Below, piece after piece: positions 59,302-64,000 of a stretch of 64,000 nt of DNA. Numbering within the stretch: position 1 is the first letter of the stretch; each line of letters begins with the position of its first letter. The notes beneath the pieces were generated by a model, which was not told the origin of the DNA, searched no databases, and saw only the letters and a program-made list of their open reading frames with translations. The DNA is from Candidatus Altiarchaeota archaeon (GTDB lineage: Archaea > Altiarchaeota > Altiarchaeia > IMC4 > QMZM01), in assembly GCA_016931955.1 (NCBI GenBank), contig JAFGDV010000012.1, positions 50,255 to 114,254 of the forward strand, given 5' to 3'. The translations under genes were made by a program, and so were the position numbers.

Positions 59302-59949
59302 ATGAAAAACGCTTTATGGGTTGAATTGAAGAACATCGTAGGCGCGTTGAAGGCCATATCCAGCACTATAGCAGACCACAAGATCAACATCAGCTATATT
59401 GAGGAGATCGGGGAAGGCAAAGCCGTGCACCTATACCTAGAAGTCGAGGAAGTGAAGGATTTGAATAAACTGATCTCTGATCTACGAAAGTTGGAGGTGG
59501 TCTTATCCATTGAACCAATCCCGACCTTCCAGCAGATATACGGTAAACGCGTCATCGTAGTCGGCGGCGGCGCACAGGTAGCTGAGGTCGCGAAAGGTGC
59601 CATCTCTGAAGCAGACCGACACAATATTCGAGGAGAAAAAATCTCCGTCGACACTATTCCACTGGTAGGGGAAAAGGAAATAGCAGAGGCGGTTCGCGCG
59701 GTTGCCAGACTGCCTAGGGCAGCTATATTGATCTTAGCAGGCTCCTTGATGGGTGGAGAAATAACCAAAGCTGTTAGAGAAATCCAGTCTGCGGGAATAA
59801 AGGTTGTTTCCCTTAATATGGCAGGCTCCGTCCCCGCCGCAGCCGATTTAGTGGTCTCTGACCCCATCCAAGCAGGCGTCATGGCGGTTATGTCGATCGC
59901 CAACACCGCCAAATTCGACATAGAAAAACAAAAAGGCAGACGATACTAA
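59302..59949 (+). CDS. ACT domain plus conserved archaeal C-terminal domain (DUF5612-like)
   Basis: GGGAQVA, EADRHNIRGE.ISVDTIPLVGE, LAGSLMGG, DPIQAGVMAV. Confidence 0.8.
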   Translation: MKNALWVELKNIVGALKAISSTIADHKINISYIEEIGEGKAVHLYLEVEEVKDLNKLISDLRKLEVVLSIEPIPTFQQIYGKRVIVVGGGAQVAEVAKGAISEADRHNIRGEKISVDTIPLVGEKEIAEAVRAVARLPRAAILILAGSLMGGEITKAVREIQSAGIKVVSLNMAGSVPAAADLVVSDPIQAGVMAVMSIANTAKFDIEKQKGRRY

Positions 59950-61926
59950 CTATCTTCTCTTCACTGATTTGATGAGTATCTCAGCTATTTTTTCCGCGTT
60001 CTCGGTGTTAACTCCGTCTATGTGGGCGTTCAATATGGAGCGTTGTGTCACAGTTGAAACATAGACATCCCTTAAACCCAGTATCCTGTCCAGGATGTCC
60101 TGGTCTACGAATATGTCCTGTATCTTCGTGAATGGCACAGTTATCTCTCTGAACCCAAAGACTCCCTTCTTTATCACCAATACCTGGTCGTTCACGTCAT
60201 AGAAGTACCTCTTATAGTAGTAGTATTCGTAGACGTATTTTACAGCGAGGAGGATCAGGGAGAACAAGACGGGGAGAAGCTTCACCTCAAGACCTGCAGG
60301 AATAAGAACTACTGCGAGAGCGGCTATGGGCAGCAGGAGCATAGCCCACCAGAGGGTCTTCTTCAAGGGCTTTACGTCTTCTATGGGGAATTTTTTCACG
60401 AGAGGATTATCGCCTATACAGGATGAGGATATCCTCATGTAATCCGCGATCTTCCTCCTTAATTCGACGGCGTCTCCGAGGTTCAGGTCTGGAACGGATT
60501 CAACTGGAGAAGACAGTGAAGTGAATTGCATTTGAGTAGAATACTGTCTGGATTGACCTTTAGCAACCACCTCCTTGGAGCCGGTGTCGAATTTTAGGGT
60601 CGCTAGTCCGGCGAAAAATTGGGGGAATGACACTGCTAATATGATATCCTGCATCTTTCCGTAGCTTATCTGTTTTCTTTGGACGTTTAATATTCCCTTC
60701 TTTATGATGACGTAGTGCGGGGATATCTCATAGGCGTATGATAGTAGGTGGCTGATGGTCTGAGAGAGTAACCCAAGGTTTATTGATGCACTGATTAGGG
60801 CGACGACTAATAGAGCAAGGAAGAAGCCAGGATTCACAAAAAACCCTAAGAGGATCAGAGGCACTGCTGCAATGAACACCACACCTAATCCTGCAGAACC
60901 GATAAGTAGACCGTAGAGGAAAGACTTAAGGAAGTGGTTTGTGTAGGGTGATTTCACGTAATCCTCCGGCTTCTCCACGACCTCTTCTGTCACTGCTGTC
61001 TCCTCGGTTGCTGGTTTTTCTTCCACGCTGGTCCGGCACCTCTTCAATACCTCCTCTCTTATATTCTTCGAATCTTCCGGGGTCAGGTAGAGCATGCGCG
61101 CATCTGCTGCGGAGAGGCTTGTCATGGTCTTCACTGTGAGGGTCCTCAGCTGGAGGATCCTTGACAGTATATCATAGCTTTCCTCCACGTCCTGTATGTT
61201 TCTATACAGGAAGAGGCTTTCTTTGGGTGTTAGGAATCCTTTACGTATGTAGACGCCTTCATCCCTCAACTCGTACCGTATGACTGTGAAGTCTAGCAGG
61301 CTTAGTATCAGGGCCGGGATGAGTATGACCAAAAACCATGTGAAGAAGATCGCCACAAAGATAAGCCCGAATATGCCCCCTAGGAGTATCATGAGTATGC
61401 CCCTGTTGGAGGGCTTGTAGACTTCTGCTTTAATTCCTTCTCCACTTGGCTTAGAAACTGTTTCCCCCAGCAGTAGATTACGCATGATCATCCCGTCTTC
61501 TCTGCTGACGCCGTCTATGTGGGCCTCGAATCCCGACACTGTGGTGGCGCTGGATATGTGCAGGTCCCATAGACCGAATATTCTGTCGAATATGTCCTGG
61601 TCCAAGTAGATGTCTTGTATCTTATTCAAGGGGACTATCGTCTGCTTTGTGCTGAAAACCCCTTTCTGTATGATAAGACCCTCCCCTGTTAGGTCGTAGA
61701 AGTACTTCTCGAAGTAGACGCTCTGATACCAGTAGACCAAGGCCGCTAGAACCAACACCATGAATAAGACGCCTAAGATGATGCCTTTAACCGCTGCATC
61801 TGAGACAAAGAATCCAACTAAGAGGAATGGAGCTACAGGCACAAGAAACATTAGGGTCTGTATGGTCTTCTTCAGTATCTTCGCTTTCTTGAGGGGGTAC
61901 TTTGTGCGGAGGGTTTCAGTCGACAA
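59950..61926 (-). CDS. Membrane protein with multiple bacterial PH (bPH_2) domains
   Basis: Four repeats of TM pair + I.KG...(I/M)QD. Confidence 0.75.
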   Translation of the reverse strand: MSTETLRTKYPLKKAKILKKTIQTLMFLVPVAPFLLVGFFVSDAAVKGIILGVLFMVLVLAALVYWYQSVYFEKYFYDLTGEGLIIQKGVFSTKQTIVPLNKIQDIYLDQDIFDRIFGLWDLHISSATTVSGFEAHIDGVSREDGMIMRNLLLGETVSKPSGEGIKAEVYKPSNRGILMILLGGIFGLIFVAIFFTWFLVILIPALILSLLDFTVIRYELRDEGVYIRKGFLTPKESLFLYRNIQDVEESYDILSRILQLRTLTVKTMTSLSAADARMLYLTPEDSKNIREEVLKRCRTSVEEKPATEETAVTEEVVEKPEDYVKSPYTNHFLKSFLYGLLIGSAGLGVVFIAAVPLILLGFFVNPGFFLALLVVALISASINLGLLSQTISHLLSYAYEISPHYVIIKKGILNVQRKQISYGKMQDIILAVSFPQFFAGLATLKFDTGSKEVVAKGQSRQYSTQMQFTSLSSPVESVPDLNLGDAVELRRKIADYMRISSSCIGDNPLVKKFPIEDVKPLKKTLWWAMLLLPIAALAVVLIPAGLEVKLLPVLFSLILLAVKYVYEYYYYKRYFYDVNDQVLVIKKGVFGFREITVPFTKIQDIFVDQDILDRILGLRDVYVSTVTQRSILNAHIDGVNTENAEKIAEILIKSVKRR

Positions 61927-62401
61927 CCTGCTTCACCTCCTTCATCTTCTTGAACAATGAATCCTTGAAGGCTTCCGCGTTTTTCCAGCTCAGGCCGGGT
62001 ATCATGTCAGATCCTCTGCCCGAGAAGGTCGCAGTGTATACCCTAACAGTTGAGAGACCCAGCATCTTTTCCAGAATGCCCTGGTTTATATGAACATCCT
62101 GTATGTTTTCATATGGTATTATGGTATAGCTTGGAGTGATCACTCCCTTCTTGGAGAAAAAATAGTCGCCTCTCAACTCGAAGAGAAAGGTCTTAAAGAA
62201 TTCCCTCGCATACAGGTAAAGAATTATAAGCAGCAGAAGGAACAGAAGAATCATGATTACTGGATTGACCCCCAAAGCCAATAGAATCAACGAGATAACT
62301 AGAGATAAGAAGAACAGGATGAATATCCATGACAGCACGAAAGCTACTGAAGCAGTATTCTCAAACGACGCATAGTTCCGGACGCCTTCCTCATTTAGCA
62401 T
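61916..62401 (-). CDS. bPH_2 (YdbS-like) membrane protein
   Basis: KGVIT...IPYENIQDV...QG.LE..LGL..V.V.TA. Confidence 0.8.
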   Translation of the reverse strand: MLNEEGVRNYASFENTASVAFVLSWIFILFFLSLVISLILLALGVNPVIMILLFLLLLIILYLYAREFFKTFLFELRGDYFFSKKGVITPSYTIIPYENIQDVHINQGILEKMLGLSTVRVYTATFSGRGSDMIPGLSWKNAEAFKDSLFKKMKEVKQVVD

Positions 62402-62453
62402 AATTAGTTAATCAACGTCGCGGTATAAAAACATTTTAATCGATGTATATATC

Positions 62454-62768
62454 ATGGACTCAGATGATTGGCTGCTGCTTAGAAAGGGTATCTGGAGGAA
62501 GCCTCTTGCAGCGGATCCCTTGAAGGGCTTTCAAATGGATCTGATCAGGATAGAACCCAACTTTAAAGACCGACCTCATACCCACGACGGCTTCGAATGG
62601 GTCTACATCCTTGAAGGAGGCTTCAAAGACCAGAAGGGCGTACACAGGAAAGGCGACTTCATCGTGAACACCTCAGAAGGCATACACCAGGCCTCTACAG
62701 GCAAAGACGGATGTCTTATGTTGATAGTCTGGACGGGCAGCGTGACTGAAGTCGGAGACAAGATCTAA
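62454..62768 (+). CDS. ChrR-like cupin
   Basis: H.H.G.E...LEG.F.D, GDF, H, GCL. Confidence 0.75.
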   Translation: MDSDDWLLLRKGIWRKPLAADPLKGFQMDLIRIEPNFKDRPHTHDGFEWVYILEGGFKDQKGVHRKGDFIVNTSEGIHQASTGKDGCLMLIVWTGSVTEVGDKI

Positions 62769-63884
62769 TCACTTAGAGAGCTTTCGTTCATGTATCTTGG
62801 TGCGGGCCCTGTGTTCTATCAGCCATAAATCGTGTATCTGGGATGGACTGATGAAAGTAATCGCCGTACCTTTTTTTCCTATGCGAGCTGTTCGTCCGAT
62901 TCTATGCACGTAGGTCAGAGGCTCCTGAGGTATGTCGTAGTTGAAGACGTGGCTGATATCAGATATGTCGATGCCACGTGCTACAACGTCAGTGCATATC
63001 AAGTATTTTATCTTGCCCTGACGCAGTCTTTCAATCGCTTTCTTCCTTGCAGCCTGGGTGAGGTCGCCGTGTATTCGGTCAACTGAAAACCCACGCCTCT
63101 TGAGTATTCCATAAAGCACCTCAACCCATTTCTTTGTCTTGCAGAAGACAAGAGCCTTCGACGGCCGCTCCTCTTTTGCGACCTTGAAAAAAGCGTCCAT
63201 CTTCTCCTTCTGGTCGACTTCAACGTAAAACTGCTGGACTTCGTCGACCGTTAATTCGTCGTTGTCGGAGTTGACTGAGACAAATTCCGGACTACGCATG
63301 TATCTTTCAGCCAGCCGGCGGATCTCATCCGGAATGGTCGCAGAAAACAGCATCGTCTGTCTCTTCCTTGGAGTCTTCTCAATAATCCACTCCACATCCT
63401 GGATGAAGCCCATGTCGAGCATGCGGTCTGCTTCGTCTAAGACCAGGGTTTCCACTCTGTCGATTCTGAGCGTCCCCCTCTTCAGGTGGTCTATTACTCT
63501 GCCTGGTGTGCCCACTACGACGTGAACGCCTCTACGAAGCAGATCTATCTGAGAATTAATGGATGCTCCACCATAGGTCAAAGCCACGCGAACCCCTGAA
63601 CCCGCCAATTTCTCGAATTCCAGGCCAACCTGGACGGCAAGCTCCCGCGTCGGTGTCAATACAAGTGCTTGAACGAATCTATCTTCCAATCGTATCTTCT
63701 CTATCAATGGTATAGCAAACGATAGAGTCTTACCAGTGCCTGTTTTGGCCTGGCCTATTATATCCTTTCCTTCAAGGGCTGGCGGAAGTGCCATCCCCTG
63801 GATGGGCGTCATCTCCTCAAAGCCGAGTAAGCGTATGTTCTGGAGAATAGCTGGTTGAATCGTTAGTGAATCAAAATCTTTCAT
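62769..63884 (-). CDS. DEAD-box RNA helicase
   Basis: TPIQ, AKTGTGKT, PTRELA, TPGR, DEADRM, SAT, ARGID, HRIGRTAR. Confidence 0.95.
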   Translation of the reverse strand: MKDFDSLTIQPAILQNIRLLGFEEMTPIQGMALPPALEGKDIIGQAKTGTGKTLSFAIPLIEKIRLEDRFVQALVLTPTRELAVQVGLEFEKLAGSGVRVALTYGGASINSQIDLLRRGVHVVVGTPGRVIDHLKRGTLRIDRVETLVLDEADRMLDMGFIQDVEWIIEKTPRKRQTMLFSATIPDEIRRLAERYMRSPEFVSVNSDNDELTVDEVQQFYVEVDQKEKMDAFFKVAKEERPSKALVFCKTKKWVEVLYGILKRRGFSVDRIHGDLTQAARKKAIERLRQGKIKYLICTDVVARGIDISDISHVFNYDIPQEPLTYVHRIGRTARIGKKGTAITFISPSQIHDLWLIEHRARTKIHERKLSK

Positions 63885-64000
63885 TTTCTGGTTTTTCCTC
63901 TTATAGTAAAGTGAAATAAAGATAAAATAAAAAAAATACAAATTCGCATCTAAGAATCGATATGATGATCCTCTACATCTATTAGAAAATAGCGTATAAC

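Noticed and set aside
1-64000. tRNA, rRNA, integrase or full-length transposase genes
   Set aside because: None recognised by eye or in the ORF track; tRNAscan-SE and HMM searches would be needed to exclude divergent ones.

Overview
Archaeal chromosomal segment. A methanogen-type SerRS, TgtA, GINS, RadB, TFB, Mch and CdhD/E suggest an anaerobic lineage such as Altiarchaeota (inference). Layout: 1-5.6 kb is an AT-rich glycosylation cluster. 5.7-9.2 kb holds a large surface protein. 9.2-22 kb is an accessory/defence-like zone with five AAA+/DUF4143-type ATPase genes, an AbiE-like pair and an MNT-HEPN pair. 20-31 kb holds a C1/corrinoid cluster (metVF, mch, RACo, cdhE, cdhD, mobA-like, SSS transporter, ATP-grasp) and the rest is mostly housekeeping genes. 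The most striking unexplained structure is non-coding. (1) Accessory genes sit between a host gene's 3' end and an orphan, diverged copy of that 3' end (three relics for a DPM1-like gene, one each for metF and mvk), with no integrase or transposase in the window. (2) Four of the five AAA genes have a paralog-specific operator-like motif repeated exactly 32 bp apart. (3) A module of short hairpins plus an invariant GTAGTGCCTAA(C) core, often followed by an 8-bp-periodic tract, forms an array at 51.8-52.2 kb and recurs at 41.6 kb and (core only, with imperfect hairpin) 12.16 kb. No rRNA, tRNA or CRISPR array was recognised. All product calls come from motif recognition by eye, not from database searches.
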